Assembly (NCBI RefSeq): GCF_032191835.1 | Contig: NC_083237.1 | Span: 10,664,001 to 10,728,000 of the forward strand | DNA length: 64,000 bases | DNA from: Heteronotia binoei | Taxonomy: Eukaryota | Direction: 5' to 3' | In this document: in pieces, positions 45,201-58,185 of the stretch | How the letters are laid out: each line of letters opens with the position of its first letter | Position numbering within the stretch: position 1 is the stretch's first letter | Notes under the pieces: generated by a model | The model's database searches: none | Told to the model about the DNA's origin: nothing | Seen by the model: the letters and a program-made list of their open reading frames with translations, nothing else | Made by a program: the position numbers and the translations under genes

Positions 45201-48200
45201 TTTCCTTTGCAGCTGTCCAAGTTGTTACAGTGCCAACCACTGGACCCAATCCAGTAGTATGGCGAGGATATCCAAAGGACTTTCAGACAGCACGTATAAT
45301 CCCTGGTATCACCGTTCCCACCCTATTTGCTTTTTTACCTCCTTCTGGCAAGCCCTATTCCCTCACCTTCTCCTGCTTCCTTTTCTCTTTCTGACCCACA
45401 AACTATTTCTATCTGCTCTCCTTCAGCTATATGTATTATTTATTTACTTCATATATGCTTCACTCCCCCCCACACACACACACACACAAACCCTGACTGG
45501 GAATCCAAAGCATCTAGCATCATTCTTCTCTTTGTCATTTAATCCTCACAAGAATCTGCTGTAGTAGGTTAGGCTCAATGTGTATGACTTGCCCAAGATC
45601 ACAGAATGAATTTCCATGGCAGATTGGGGATTTCTTAGAACCTGGGTATCCCAGATTTAATCTGATACTCTGCTACACTACGCCGACATTCATGGGGTTG
45701 TTGCTATTGGACAGTGGCAGTGAGTCAGACCTGTAAATTGGGTGTTAGCAAATCATTCAGTGGTGGCTGCTAGGCCTAACCCAGAAAAGTCTTCCCTCAA
45801 AGCCCAAAATACCTCTGTAAATGGCCTTCCCCCAACCGTCTTTTATTGACACCCACTAAGTCTTAAACTGACAATAATGTTGTGGTTGCCTAGCAAAAGC
45901 AACAGATAATTTGTTTCTAAAAGACACAGCATCTGCTTCTATTATTTAAGAAAAGAGAAGCCATGTTGGATCAGGCAAATGGCCCCTCCGGTCCAACACT
46001 CTGTGTCACACAGTGGTCAGAAAACCCAAGTGCCATCAGGAGGTGCACCAGTGGGGCCAGGACAAGCCCTCCAACTGTGCCCCCCCCCAAGAACCAAGAA
46101 TACAGAGCATCACTGCCCCAGATAGAGAGTTCTAATGATAAGATGTGGCTAATAGCCACTGATGGACCTCTGCTCTATATGCTTATTCAATCAACCATTG
46201 AAGCTGTCTACGCTTGTAGCCGCCACCACCTTTTGTGGCAGTGAATTCCATGTGTTAATCACCCTTTGGGTGAAGAAGTACTTCCTTTTATCCGTTCTAA
46301 CCGGACTGCTCATGAATTTCATTAAATGTCCATGAGTTCTCATATTGTGAGAAAGGGAGAAAATTACTTTTTTCTTGACCTTCTCTGTCCCATGTATAAT
46401 CTTGTAGACCTCTATCATGTCACCCCTCAGTCATTGTTTCTCCAAGCTAAAGAGCCCCAAGCGTTTTAACCTTTCTTCATAGGGAAAGTGTTCCAAACCT
46501 TTAATCATTCTAGTTGCCCTTTTCTGCACTTTTCCAATGCTATAATATCTTTTTTGACCAGAATTGAACACATTATTCCAAATGAAGCCGCACCATCGAT
46601 TTATTTAGGGGCATTATGATACTGGCTGATTTGTTTTCAGTTCCCTTCCTAATAATTTCCAGCACAGCATTCACCTTTTTTTTTTTTGCAATCACACACC
46701 GTCTCGACATTTTCAGTGAGTTATCTACTGTGACCCCAAAATCTCTCTCTTGGTCAGTCTCTGCCAGTTCACACCTCACCAACTTTTATTTATAGTTAGG
46801 ATTTTTGGCCCCAGTGTGCATTACTTTGCACTCGGCCACATTGAACCTCATTTGCCATGTTGACGCCCACTCGCCCAGCCTCTACAGATCCCTTTGGAGT
46901 GCCACACAATCCTCTTTGTGTCAGATACTGGAGAGCTTTACTGTTGTGATCTGATGTTATATGTAGAATGCATATAACCGACTCCATTTTAAAGTGTTTG
47001 CTACTAACCCTAAAACAGAGACCTTGTCTATCAAAATAGAAACGAAGATGTTGCTAACCCCTGCTGTGAATTCCTGTCTTTGGTACTAACAAATGCAACA
47101 ACCCTTTGAAGATAAAATGCCTCAAGGAGAGCCAGCAGGGCTGTTCCGTGAAAACAAGAACCGCAATGAGATAAGGGAAGTCTAAGGTGTTAAATGTATC
47201 ACTCTAGTGTGGGAATGCAGATTTGTTTAGAAAGCCTTTGGTGTACTTTTGGATAAAGCATCTATGCTCCCTTCAGAAAGTATCAGTTCCAATGTATCAT
47301 TGTTCATAACTTTTGGATTATCAAATAAAGCCTTAACATTGTAACCAATGGAAGTCTGCTTACTTTGAAACTCCACTGACTGACACTCTGGTTCTCACTA
47401 CCCTGAACAATTTAGTGTCATCTGCAAACTTGGCCACATCACTGCTTACTCTCAACTCTAGATCATTAATGAACAAGGTAAAGAGAAGACAATACTGACT
47501 TTGATGGCCCAAGTGTCTGATTCAGTATAAGGCAGCTTCATAAGAGCATGGGACCCATTATTGAGCCCTGCGGCACCCCACTGCTTACCGTCCTCCACTG
47601 CGAAGACTACCCATTTATACTCACTCTCTGCTTCCTATTAAGAGGATTTTGGTCCACAAAAGGACTTTTCTTTTTACCCCATGACTCTCGAGCTTACTAA
47701 GGAGCCTTTGATGAGGAACTTTATCAAAAGCTTTCTGAAAGTCAATGTAAACAGCATCAATTGGGTCCCCTTTATCCACATGTTTGTTCACTCCCTCAAA
47801 GAACTCTAACAGGTTAGTGAGACAAGATATTCCCTTACAGATCCCAAGCTGAGTCTTCCTCAATAACTTTTGTTCATTGATGTGCCTGCTAATTCTCTCT
47901 TTGATAATGGTTTCCACCAATTTTCCCAGTATTGAAGTCACACTATAATTTCCTGGATCTCCTCTGCAACCCTTTTTAAAGATGGGGGGACATTTGTTAC
48001 CTTCCAGTCCTCAGGAACAGAGGCAGATTTCAATGAAAGATTACATATTTTGCTCAGGAGATCCAAAATTTCACCTTTGACTTCTTTCAGAACTCGTGGA
48101 TGTATGCCATCTGAGCCTGGTGACTTATCACTTTTTAATTCATCTATCAATTGTAGGACCTACTATCTCGTCATCTTAGTCTGACTCAGGTCAGATTTGA

Positions 48201-51200
48201 GAGTTATACCCTTCAGTGTTTGGGTATTTTTTTTTGTGGGGGCAGGGGTTTAACCAGGATGTTTCTCAGGTTTGAGGAAAATTTCCTCTCATCTGTTTAC
48301 TTTTCCAACTTCCATCTTTATGTATCCACAGAACTGACCACATTGAAGATTATAGCTATTGATGATATAAGAGAGAGAAGGAGAAATACTCTGAAGTTTA
48401 ATGTTAGAACTCTTCTCATATTTTGTATCCCAGAGTTTTTAATGATACACATCAGAATCAAAGATAGACAGGGTCAAGATATGGAGCAAAGAAAACTTTC
48501 AGAGCCCACATCACCCATCTGAAGATTGGGGTTGCTCACTAAAATACAATTTAACCCATACTTGGCTCATATTCCTTGGCCATGAAATCATTTCCTTTTG
48601 AATGATGAATTCTTGTCCTACAAGAGCATTGGGATTCACTCTTCCAACTTTCACTCTAAGAAAGGACTTGTTTGGGAAGGTGATGAAGTTTGTTATGTCA
48701 AATCCAGTTCCCATTTCTCTCTTTGCATTAAAAGACATGGCTTCTCCTTCTGAGTTATTAAACAAAATGCCTTGAAGGACCGGATGGAGCTGGTTGAAAC
48801 CAAGAGGAAGAATAAAGTCGTTTATAACTATTTCTATTCAGGCAGATCATTTTAAAGGAAATTCTTTTCTCCTTAATCCCCCTCCCCCCAATGCCAACAT
48901 ACATCTGGTTAACGGTGGTTCAGAATGGACCAAACTAGGTATTATCTCCCATCCACTGATGGAAATAGAGGTTTTTTTTAAAAAAAAAATGGTGGAGAGA
49001 TTACCTGCCAAGGTCGTAGATCTGGAAATGCAATAATTTTCCTACCCGGAATTGCTCTGTAGATGGATCTGGATGAGTACACAGCATGCAATGCGTGTGC
49101 CACAGCATAGACTGCATTATAGATGCTATAGCTATGACCACTCATGTCCATTTCGAAAACTGCCCTAGGGAGATTCACTAGCCTCTCCTCCCCAGTACAT
49201 GCATCAGGGATCTCCATTCCCTTCTGGGGACTCTGAAGTGTACAATCAAAGGCTTGTTCCCAAAAGATCTTTAGGAAACAATCTCCTTTCTTCCTGTAAG
49301 GGTGTACATTCTGAAGAAATGTCTGAAATCCAGCTACTTCATTTGAGTGAGCTGTGAAGGAAATTGCACCATCAAAGTATTGGAAGTCCCAGTGCTTTTG
49401 ACTGCCTACTAATGCAAAATCAACCTGGCCTGTCAGAATCCACACCTTTCTGTAGGAGGCATTTTCTTTATATCCAGGATCTCCTAGGAGCATATGCGTG
49501 ATAAATATCAGAAAGGTTCTTGATTCTCCATAGAAGATATATGCATTGGCTTTGCTCTCTGTGAAAGGTCGATATATATTTAATATTACATCATTCACAG
49601 CAATCAAGTTGTTCCAGCTGAGAGTATTTGGACATCTTTCAGTGGAGGCGGAACAGATTCCATGTTTGGAAAGCAGTGGCTCCAGGACTCTCAAGAAATG
49701 TTCTCCATTGTCGTTATCCACAGCAAACAGCCCGACCCACATCCAGCCAAAATGCTGAAGCAGCCAGATAATCCCCATGTACTGAAGTTCATCATTTGAT
49801 ACCATGCGGTAAAAGGAATGGAACAGTTTTGTATCCCTCTCCTCCAGGGCAAATGAACCATACGTGAGCTAAAAGGAAAGTTCAGATATTCTACAATTAA
49901 TTGTATTGACTATTGGCATGCTTGAGCCTCTTTGTACAATGAATAGTTGTTGGAAGTAGTTGATGACTTCATCAACAATTGAGTTACACTGAGTGGAAAT
50001 TCTAGCTGGAAACACAGTGCTCTTTTGGCCACTACCACCCTCTATCATCAAGTGAAGACACAAGATAACTACATATGCAATAAAACAAAATACATTAAAA
50101 TGCAAAGTCTGCAAGATGAAACTATTTCATGAACTTTGAAGAACAGGTTGTATTAAGAAAGTCAATTCCAGCTTGGAGAAACCTTGGAGAGTTTGAAGAG
50201 GAGCTTGTTGAAGGATTGGGATGAGGACCAAAACAGGCTCAGCAGGAATGTGATGCTGTAGAGAACTCAAGGCCTCACCTGGAGTCAAGGAACCTAAACT
50301 GTAACAAAGGCACTTCATTGTCAGCATCTGGGGCAACGTCATCATGGTTCCTGATTTGGCTGGAATGACCACAAGCTTTGTTTATTCCAGCCTGAAACTC
50401 AAAAGTCTGCTGAGAAGTGTTATACCACAAACCAACTACCCCCATGCCATTCAAGAAAACAAAGGTAGAGGTGATGCTAGTCAAAACCAAGTGTGTCCCT
50501 TCCAGAACCCATTCTGTCAATCCAGCTAATGCTCCAGCTGTTTGTTATCTCTCTCTTCTTCACCAGAATTTAAAAAAAATAACAAAATAAATGTGAAATG
50601 AGTGTCCCTTCCAGAACCCATTTGTCAATCCAGCTAATGATTTAGAAACAGGCCTTCATGCATTGATGATTCAGAGTGTTGATTCTTTTGTTTTAGTGGA
50701 GGGACAGTGGCTCAGTGGTAGAACATCTGCTTGGGAAGCAGAAGGTCCCAGGTTCAATCCCTGGCATCTCCAAAAAAGGGTCCAGGCAAATAGGTGTGAA
50801 AAACTTCAGCTTGAGACCCTGGAGAGCCGCTGCCAGTCTGAGAAGACAATACTGACTTTGATGGACCAAGGGTCCTGTTCAGTATAAGGCAGCTTCATAT
50901 GTTCATATGTTCAGTGTTCTCCAGTTATTCCTACTTGAGTTCTAGCCATTAACCAGTCAGATCCTGCAATTCCTATTTATGGCCTAACCAGTTGTCGAAC
51001 TGGCACAGGAGTCCCAACCTCTTTGAGACTGTGGGCACAACATGAATTCTCTTCCATTGTCGGGACAACTGCTCAGTTCACTAGTGATTTCTCATGGCTC
51101 ATCTGAAGCAGGGAATTTGGCTTCACTAAATTCATTAATGAGCCTATCAAAAATAGCTATGGGAAAGAAATATCCTAGAAGGACCTATCTTAACTCCTAC

Positions 51201-54200
51201 TTCCTGATACGTCTTGGCTGTCTGATGTAACCTTCCTTTTTTGGTACTTTTGCAAATCACACAAACTTGATTTTGCTGTTTATTTTAACGCTCTCTTCTT
51301 CACCAGAATTAAAAAATAACAAAAGAAATGTGAAATTAAACACCACACAGTATACTTCCTACCTGTGGAATCTTATAAAGACCAAAGATGTCTGCCATTT
51401 GAAAGGAGGTATCAGAGGAAAGCCCGCCAATGACAGCCATCAGGTTTTTATGAGTGTCACACATATAATTTGGGAAGCTTCGATGTATCTTGAAGATAAG
51501 GTCAAAAGAGCTGCGATAGGTCACCCTTGCATCATAATAGCTATCAGAGATGTGGACGCCAAGTGTGATATTGGGTAGGATCTGGGTATTCGCATTGACC
51601 TCACTGATAGCGAATTCCAAGGCCAGGACATGCTGGTACAACTTAGTCACGACACTGTGGATAAACAAGGGTTATTTTATACGATAATTCTGTAATGCAC
51701 CACATTTTATCATACTATTGATAATTTTGTCTCTGACTGAATTAATTCAATAAAAGGCTATTTTAATTATTTTACTGATTTTTTCTAAGATATTAAACAT
51801 TTCTTTATTTACATGAAATAACATTTGGCTAATCTAGAATATACTGCTCTATGAATTTCTTTAGGAAATAAAAATAGGAGAAACTGTCTTTTGCCAGCTC
51901 AAAGCAGTGAACGATAAAAGAATGGAAGAAGCTAAACTGGTGGCAAAGAAGACCTTGGAAAAGCAGAACAGAAAACAGGTGCATGCAAACATTCTACAAC
52001 AAAGGAAGCAGTTTCACTAAAGGACTCTTATTTCTAAGAGCCAGTTTGGTGTAGTGGTTAAGTGTGCGAACTCTTATCTGGGAGAACCGGGTTTGATTCT
52101 CCACTCTTCCACTTGCACCTGCTAGCACGGCCATGGGTCAGCCATAGCTGTGGCAGAGGTTGTCCTTGAAAGGGCAGCTGCTGTGAGAGCCCTCTCCAGC
52201 CCCACCCACCTCACAGGGTGTCTGTTGTGGGGGAGGAAGGGAAAGGAGATTGTGAGCCGCTCTGAGACTCTCTGGAGTGGAGGGCGGGATATAAATCCAA
52301 TATCTTCATCTACCTCACAGGGTGTCTGTTGTGGGGGAGGAAGGTAAAGGAGATTGTGAGCCGCTCTGAGACTCTTCGGAGTGGAGGGCGGATTATAAAT
52401 CCAATATCATCTTCTTCTTCTTCTTCTTCTTCTTCTTCTTCTTCTTCTTCTTCTTCGGCCTATTTTTAATTCAGTAAATAAATGGTTTTATTGCTTTCCA
52501 GGATGTTATAAATGACTGTCAATCCTAATAAACATTTATTCTATATTCCACCTCAAATCCCTAGCCTTGATTTTGGTCATTGGCAATATTGTTATTGTTG
52601 TTGGCCTTCAAGTCACAGCTGAATTATGGTGACACTATAGAATTTTCAAGACAAGAGACGTTCAGAGGGGGTTTGCTATCGCCTGCTTCCATGTCGTGAC
52701 TCTGGTGTTCCTTGGTGGTCTCCTATCCTAACACTCATTAGGGTCAACCCTGCTTAGCATCCAGGGTCTGACAAGATAGGGCTAACTTGGGCTATCCAGG
52801 TAATGGTCATCAACAAAATGATAATCCAGATTTAGTGCTTACAAACTATAGGTACTGAAAGAACCTGTTTCCACAATATTGTGCTCATATCATTTTGTCA
52901 CTAACAGATTCCTAATTAGATTTTGCATTCCTGGCTTTGATTGCTAGAAGTAAGGACTCAAAAGTGCATTGAAAAATGCCATCTAGAACGTTGAATACAT
53001 TTTGCCAGTATTTCTTTTCACTACAGGGCAACATCATGTAACAGAATATTTCTTTCTTTTCCAGCTCAGATATTTTTGAGAAGTATTATTTTCTGGTTTT
53101 GCAATACTCTCTAGTGTAATAAGAGCCCCGTGGCGCAGAGTGGTAAAGCTGCAGTACTGCAGTTGGAGCACTTTGCTCATGACCGGAGTTCGATTTCAGC
53201 GGAAACTGGTTCAGGTAGTTGGCTCGAGGTTGACTCAGCCTTCCATCCTTCCGAGGTCGGTAAAAATGAGTACCCAGCTTGCTGAGGGAAAAGTGTAATG
53301 ACCGGGGAAGGCAATGGCAAAGCACCCCATAAAAAGGTCTGCTGTGAAAACGTTGTGAAAGCTGCGTCACCCCAAAGTCGGAAACGACTGGGGCTTGCAC
53401 AGGGGACCTTTCCTTTCATTTTCCTGGTGTAGTGTATCATATACATATTCTTTATATATTTCTCATTTTTATATCTTACATTTCTTAACATCTTTATGTA
53501 AAATGTACCATTTTTCTTTTAAATGCTAATCAATAGATCTTGCCTCCCAACCAGGGCTTTCATCTGCATGTGTTAATAAACTATGTTGACACACAGAGAG
53601 ACTAGACAATAATTTTAACAGCTTTTCCAGTACATTAAGAAAGGTTTCCTTTTTAAAGACTAAAATAATTTAATGACTATAAACCTGCACATTTTGAGTT
53701 ATTGACATTTCAGAAGACATATCCTGCTTGCTTTTTGTGTAGTTTCTCAGCCTTTGGACTAAGATCAAGTGTGTGTTTGGCAGCAATCTTTAGTCCTTAT
53801 CTACGAGTCCAATTATTCTCAAATCCATCCAAGGATTAGACACTCCTAGTTCAAAGGCCTGCACAAATTATTTCCCTGGTAGGACCAGCATATATACTGT
53901 TTTTAATCTAAATTGCTTCCCACTTGAAAGCATAATAGTATTTTGCAATATTGGGTATGGGCATTTTGCGTTGTGGCCGAGATGTTTCTTTTATCCTCGT
54001 CTGAATGCTAAATTTCTTATTACTCGAAATAGACTTATTAAATAAAAAGAGTATGCTAGATAGCAAGGATTGGTTTACAAGTAATGAAAAATCCATAAAT
54101 ACAAATACAATTCTAGATTTAAAAAAAATAATAATTGTTTAGGTACCTACACTGTCTTAACCAAACTGGCATTTGAACAATCTCCCCCACTCTTTTTCAG

Positions 54201-54975
54201 TGAGTTTGGATTTCCCTTAGTTACACCATTCAAGTGGTAGCAAAGTATAGAAATATCACAAAAAGCGTATGTGGTTTTGGTGCTTCTAAAATATTCTTTA
54301 TAACTAAGAAGGTTGCCAGCTTCCCCCCAACGAACGGTGAGGGATGGGGGGGTTGGTTTGCCAGATCCAAGCTGGAAATTTGGGGCTGCAGACTGGGGAG
54401 GACAGGGATCACAGTAGGGTGCAAAGACAAAGAGTCCACCCTCCAAAGCATCTATTTTCTCCAGGGAACTGATCACTGTAGTCATGGAGATGAGCCTTAC
54501 TTCTGGGGGATTCCTAGGTTCCAACTGACAGCTGGCATCTTTCCTACCTGCCCTGGTCCTGCTTTCCAAAACAGAGATTCTGTTGTGGGGGAAGAAAGTC
54601 AGCATTCTTTGTAACAAACAATAGAGAACAATAGCCACAAAATGATTTGAAGGGTAGGGACGCATGTCTGGGAGCACTTTCTTCGAGCATCCTGCCTATT
54701 GTATATATAATTCACAGGTTTTGTAATCTGAGTTCATAGAAAGACCAAAGAGGTGTCATTCCTTACTTGGGAACCTCAAACAAGTCCGGTGAAGGGTTTT
54801 TCCTGAAGTTCAGGTCACAAAACACATAGCCGATCTGAGAAACAATCCCACCAAGGAGGAAGTTCCCTGGCTGGTACAACTCATGGAGGTCAGGAAGGGC
54901 ATCTCTCAGAGGGCACTTGTCTGATTTGCTGGTTGTCGCGGTCCGTAGAAATGACATGATCAGGAATGCTACCAT
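42287..54975 (-). CDS. Vmn2r: V2R copy D, complete 873-aa receptor
   Basis: Exons 54975-54767, 51654-51363, 49868-49005, 48789-48562, 44755-44629, 43188-42287; GT-AG junctions, open frame. Confidence 0.95.
43436..43722. mobile_element. Palindromic MITE (PIF/Harbinger-like) nested in the D-copy MITE
   Basis: 132-bp arms (43436-43567, 43591-43722) with 4 mismatches and a 23-nt loop; GGGC...GCCC ends; 3-bp TSD ATA; CpG-rich; absent in C and E. Confidence 0.85.
44208..44285. repeat. (ATTC)n microsatellite in intron 5 (also about 10155-10195, 22420-22485, 59815-59866)
   Basis: Direct reading; length differs between paralogues. Confidence 0.85.
46919..47385 (+). mobile_element. Solo LTR (467 bp) nested in the copy-D CR1
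   Basis: TGTCAG...CTGACA termini; 5-bp TSD CTTTG/CTCTG (empty site CTCTG in C and E); AATAAA at 47324-47329. Confidence 0.82.
47483..47541 (+). mobile_element. 5'-truncated 3' end of the Squam2-like SINE (or its partner LINE) nested in the copy-D CR1
   Basis: GAGAAGACAATACTGACTTTGATGG...TATAAGGCAGCTTCAT matches the tail of the SINE at about 50840-50900; absent from the C and E CR1 copies. Confidence 0.65.
50698..50912 (+). mobile_element. tRNA-derived SINE, Squam2-like, specific to copy D (intron 2)
   Basis: Box A TGGCTCAGTGG, box B GGTTCAATCCC, tail GCAGCTTCATATGTTCATATGTT; absent at the C site (about 28290). Confidence 0.8.
52037..52456 (+). mobile_element. Squam3-like SINE, intron 1 of D, with doubled 3' end and (TCT)n tail
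   Basis: Same site as in C; about 105 nt of the 3' part occurs twice (about 52208-52310 and 52311-52410), followed by (CTT)n to 52456. Confidence 0.82.
52602..52802 (-). mobile_element. 5S-derived SINE, paralogous copy in D
   Basis: As in C. Confidence 0.7.
53121..53423 (+). mobile_element. Sauria/Squam1-like SINE, paralogous copy in intron 1 of D
   Basis: Same sequence and site as in C; TSD CTAGTGTAAT/CTGGTGTAGT. Confidence 0.82.
53739..53772 (+). pseudogene. RNU2: Truncated U2 snRNA retrocopy, paralogous copy in D
   Basis: TTCTCAGCCTTTGGACTAAGATCAAGTGT, same intron position as in C. Confidence 0.75.
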
Positions 54976-56165
54976 CTGATGGCAAAATTTCCCCACAGAT
55001 ACTGCTCCTCCTGGTCTCATCCTCAGTACTGGCTTAACCCAAACAGTATCTTGGCTTCATTAATACCCTTTGGACAAAGAAGCACATCCACATTCCTTGC
55101 AGCATCAACTGGATACCAGAGGCCACCTGAGTCTGCCAAAGCTTTGGTTTCTCTTCCACCTAATCAAAGCAAAATTGGAGAATTCAAACTGACAGAGCCC
55201 TGCCCCTGCTGAGCCTTTTCTCCAGCTGTTAATGGTGAAGGAGTTTTTAAACATCACAGTCTTGCTGGATTACTGCTTATTTTCCTAGTTTCTTTAGAAA
55301 ATCCTCAGCTGTAGCTGCAGGAACAAATTACAGTGATTAAGATCATTCAAGGGGGGATAATTGCCACAGTGAGCATTGAGGTCTGAGAGGTGCCACAACT
55401 TGGTTTAATTGATTGTTCCAGATGTGGCCCCCAGTTTCTTGTGCTTCCTCAGCAGGACATCTGATTACCTGCCGTGATTTGGGAAATGTCATGAAGAATT
55501 GGGGGGGGGGGGTGATACTGTGGAGGCCAGGATTTGAGTAGCAGGAGGAACTCATCAAGGATATGAAGCCATTAAATCCACCCTCGAAAGTTGTTATTTT
55601 CTCTAGGGGAACAGGCTGGATAACAGCTACCAGTCAGGGAGAACTTCACCCCACATGTGGATCTTGTCAACCCCAACTGAGCAACAAATGGGAGATGATT
55701 TTGAGATATCTATGGTGTCCAAACACTACCCGGAAAGTTAAGCCCCAAAACCATTTTATACAGATGTTCCATTTTAATGTGCATACTACCAGAGAAGCTT
55801 CAGTCCTTGGAAGCTTAAAAGAAAACAGCAGGCCATTTTTAAACTGAATAGACACTTTTACTTAATCCATTCATACATACATTCCACGATAAGAATATGA
55901 AGGAGGTCTTGAATGATACTTTGAAACATGTCTTAAATAACTTTACCAAAATCAAAGTAGACATAGATTGTATATATACTCATACATAGATTTGGAAATG
56001 TAAGTTAATTTTGAGGTGGTATTTCTTTTTCCACATCAGCTTCTTGATTGGTCTCAAAACAGCAAGTTATATTTAGACTCTTGCAGACCATTGTGAAATG
56101 GGGATGTCTCACAAATTCTATGTGTTTGGTTCACCCATTATTTCCTGAGCATTCTCTCAAAAGCA

Positions 56166-56296
56166 NNNNNNNNNNNNNNNNNNNNNNNNNNNNNNNNNNN
56201 NNNNNNNNNNNNNNNNNNNNNNNNNNNNNNNNNNNNNNNNNNNNNNNNNNNNNNNNNNNNNNNNNNNNNNNNNNNNNNNNNNNNNNNNNNNNNNNN
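56166..56296. other. Assembly gap (131 N)
   Basis: N run after GAGCATTCTCTCAAAAGCA. Confidence 0.98.
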
Positions 56297-58185
56297 TTCC
56301 ACGTGCTCAGGGTCCTTAGGCCAGCAAACATTTAAAAAATCAACATATTTGACCATTGAAATGATTTTAAAAACTATCAAATATTTAATAAAAGAACATA
56401 AACAATCACCCCCAGCATCAGGATGGCAGACCAATAACCATTATTGGGGGGGGGGGGTACACAAAACAAACTGGAAAAATCTTCACCTGCTGGTGATAGA
56501 CACTGACAAAAGGAGACTGGTTAATCTTCCTGGAGGGAGGGAGTTCCAAAGTATTTGTGCCATGATAGAGAAAACCCATCCAGTCTCAGATGGTCGGGGC
56601 TACCAAGGCTAGGCCTCCAAAGATGACTGGTGTGTATGGGTCATGGTGCACCGACCTCCATAATAAAGAGGAACTGAGGGGGGTGGATTATCAAGAATTG
56701 TTGTGGAGTGTATCCAGGGAACAAAGTGAATGCAGTCTTTTCGTGAGGAGAGAATTTGTGGTCCAGTATATATTTGTGCAGTTGACCTGTCCTTTATGAA
56801 ATAAGCTGATGGCAACAGATACAGTCTGCCTTTCACTGCTTGATCTGTGCAACAACCCTGTGAGAGAAGTGAGGTTGATAGCAGATAAATGGCTCAAGGT
56901 AATCACGATGAAGGATTTGAACCGAGGGATGTCTTAGTTGTCGATCTCTAACCAGAACCCCCCCAGTGTCTTTGTATTCAATGTCTGAGTTTGGCTTCAC
57001 ACCTAGAACAAAGTATCACATTCCATGTTTCTTTATTGGCTTATATTTTGTGTCATCAGAGTAAGAGAGATGGTTTCCCAATTAAGCCATGAACGCCATT
57101 TTCCTATTGAAAACAGTTTCTCCAAGCTAATTTTTATGTCTTGGAATTATATCCCTTTTAGCTGCAAACATGTTTAACCCTGCATACCCTGAAAACCATT
57201 TTGGTGCCCAGACTCAAATCGAATTCTTCTACTGTGGACTAGCACAGATATCCTTTCTTAAATTCTGAGGGGCTTTGTGAAAAGTGGATGTGTGGACTCA
57301 GATCTTGAGAACTCATTAAACAAAAGAGTATAAAATGATGTCCCAATGAAGGACAGAGGTCAGCTAGCAATTCTTCCATTTTATTTTGGGAAGATTGTAT
57401 GCATGTGAGCCTGTGTTTGTATGCACACCTGAAAGACATGGCAACCTCTGGTGTCTGACCAATTGGGGGCATGGAAGACATTCAGAGAAGAGGCTGGATA
57501 AAGCCTGCTCTCAACTCCTGACTTCTGGTATTCCAAGGAGGTCTCCCATTCAAGTACTTGCCAGAATCAGCCTGGCTTAAATTCCAAGGTCTGACAACAT
57601 TGGGTTGCCTGGGCTATCCAGGTCAGGGTGTAATTCCTCCTTTGAACGGTGTTTTTTTTTTGCTATATAAACATTGGGGGTGGTAGAAAAATGTCTGTGA
57701 GATAGGAGGGGGTTTGTGGTAAAGTGATTATAAGTCTTTCCTACAAAATCATCTTTTTGCATAATCAAATATACTGGAGCCACTCAGATTTGGACAAGCT
57801 GTAAAAAATTCAGATCTAACGATCACAACTTAAAAGGCGGACATTTTAATTATCATCCCAAACAGCTGTGATTCATTAATGGTTAATGTTTACCAGTAAA
57901 TCTCTAGTAAATCTCCAGTAAATCTCTGAGCAAATGAACCAATAATCTCCTCTTTTTCAAGAGAAATACAGGATGGTTTACCAAATTTGACAACTCACAT
58001 TCATCACAAAAACAAATACTTAACAAAGAATAATTGCTCATAATCAGCCATGCACAGAATTTCTGTCTCCATATTCAGTCATGTGAATTAGTCAAACTTG
58101 GTTTGTGTTTCTTTGAGGTCTGCTATATAGTTGGAATTGAACTGTACCCCAAGTTAAACTTCTTTAATTCATTATACTTGGAGAA

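Larger units (their letters stand above)
45948..48193 (-). mobile_element. Same CR1 insertion in intron 4 of copy D, with nested inserts
   Basis: Same ends and position as in C; [22 protein letters not shown]; interrupted at 46919-47385 and about 47483-47541. Confidence 0.9.

Noticed and set aside
50701-50770. tRNA-like sequences (also 29431, 30370, 52037, 53121)
   Set aside because: A/B boxes continue into SINE bodies and tails; no complete cloverleaf.
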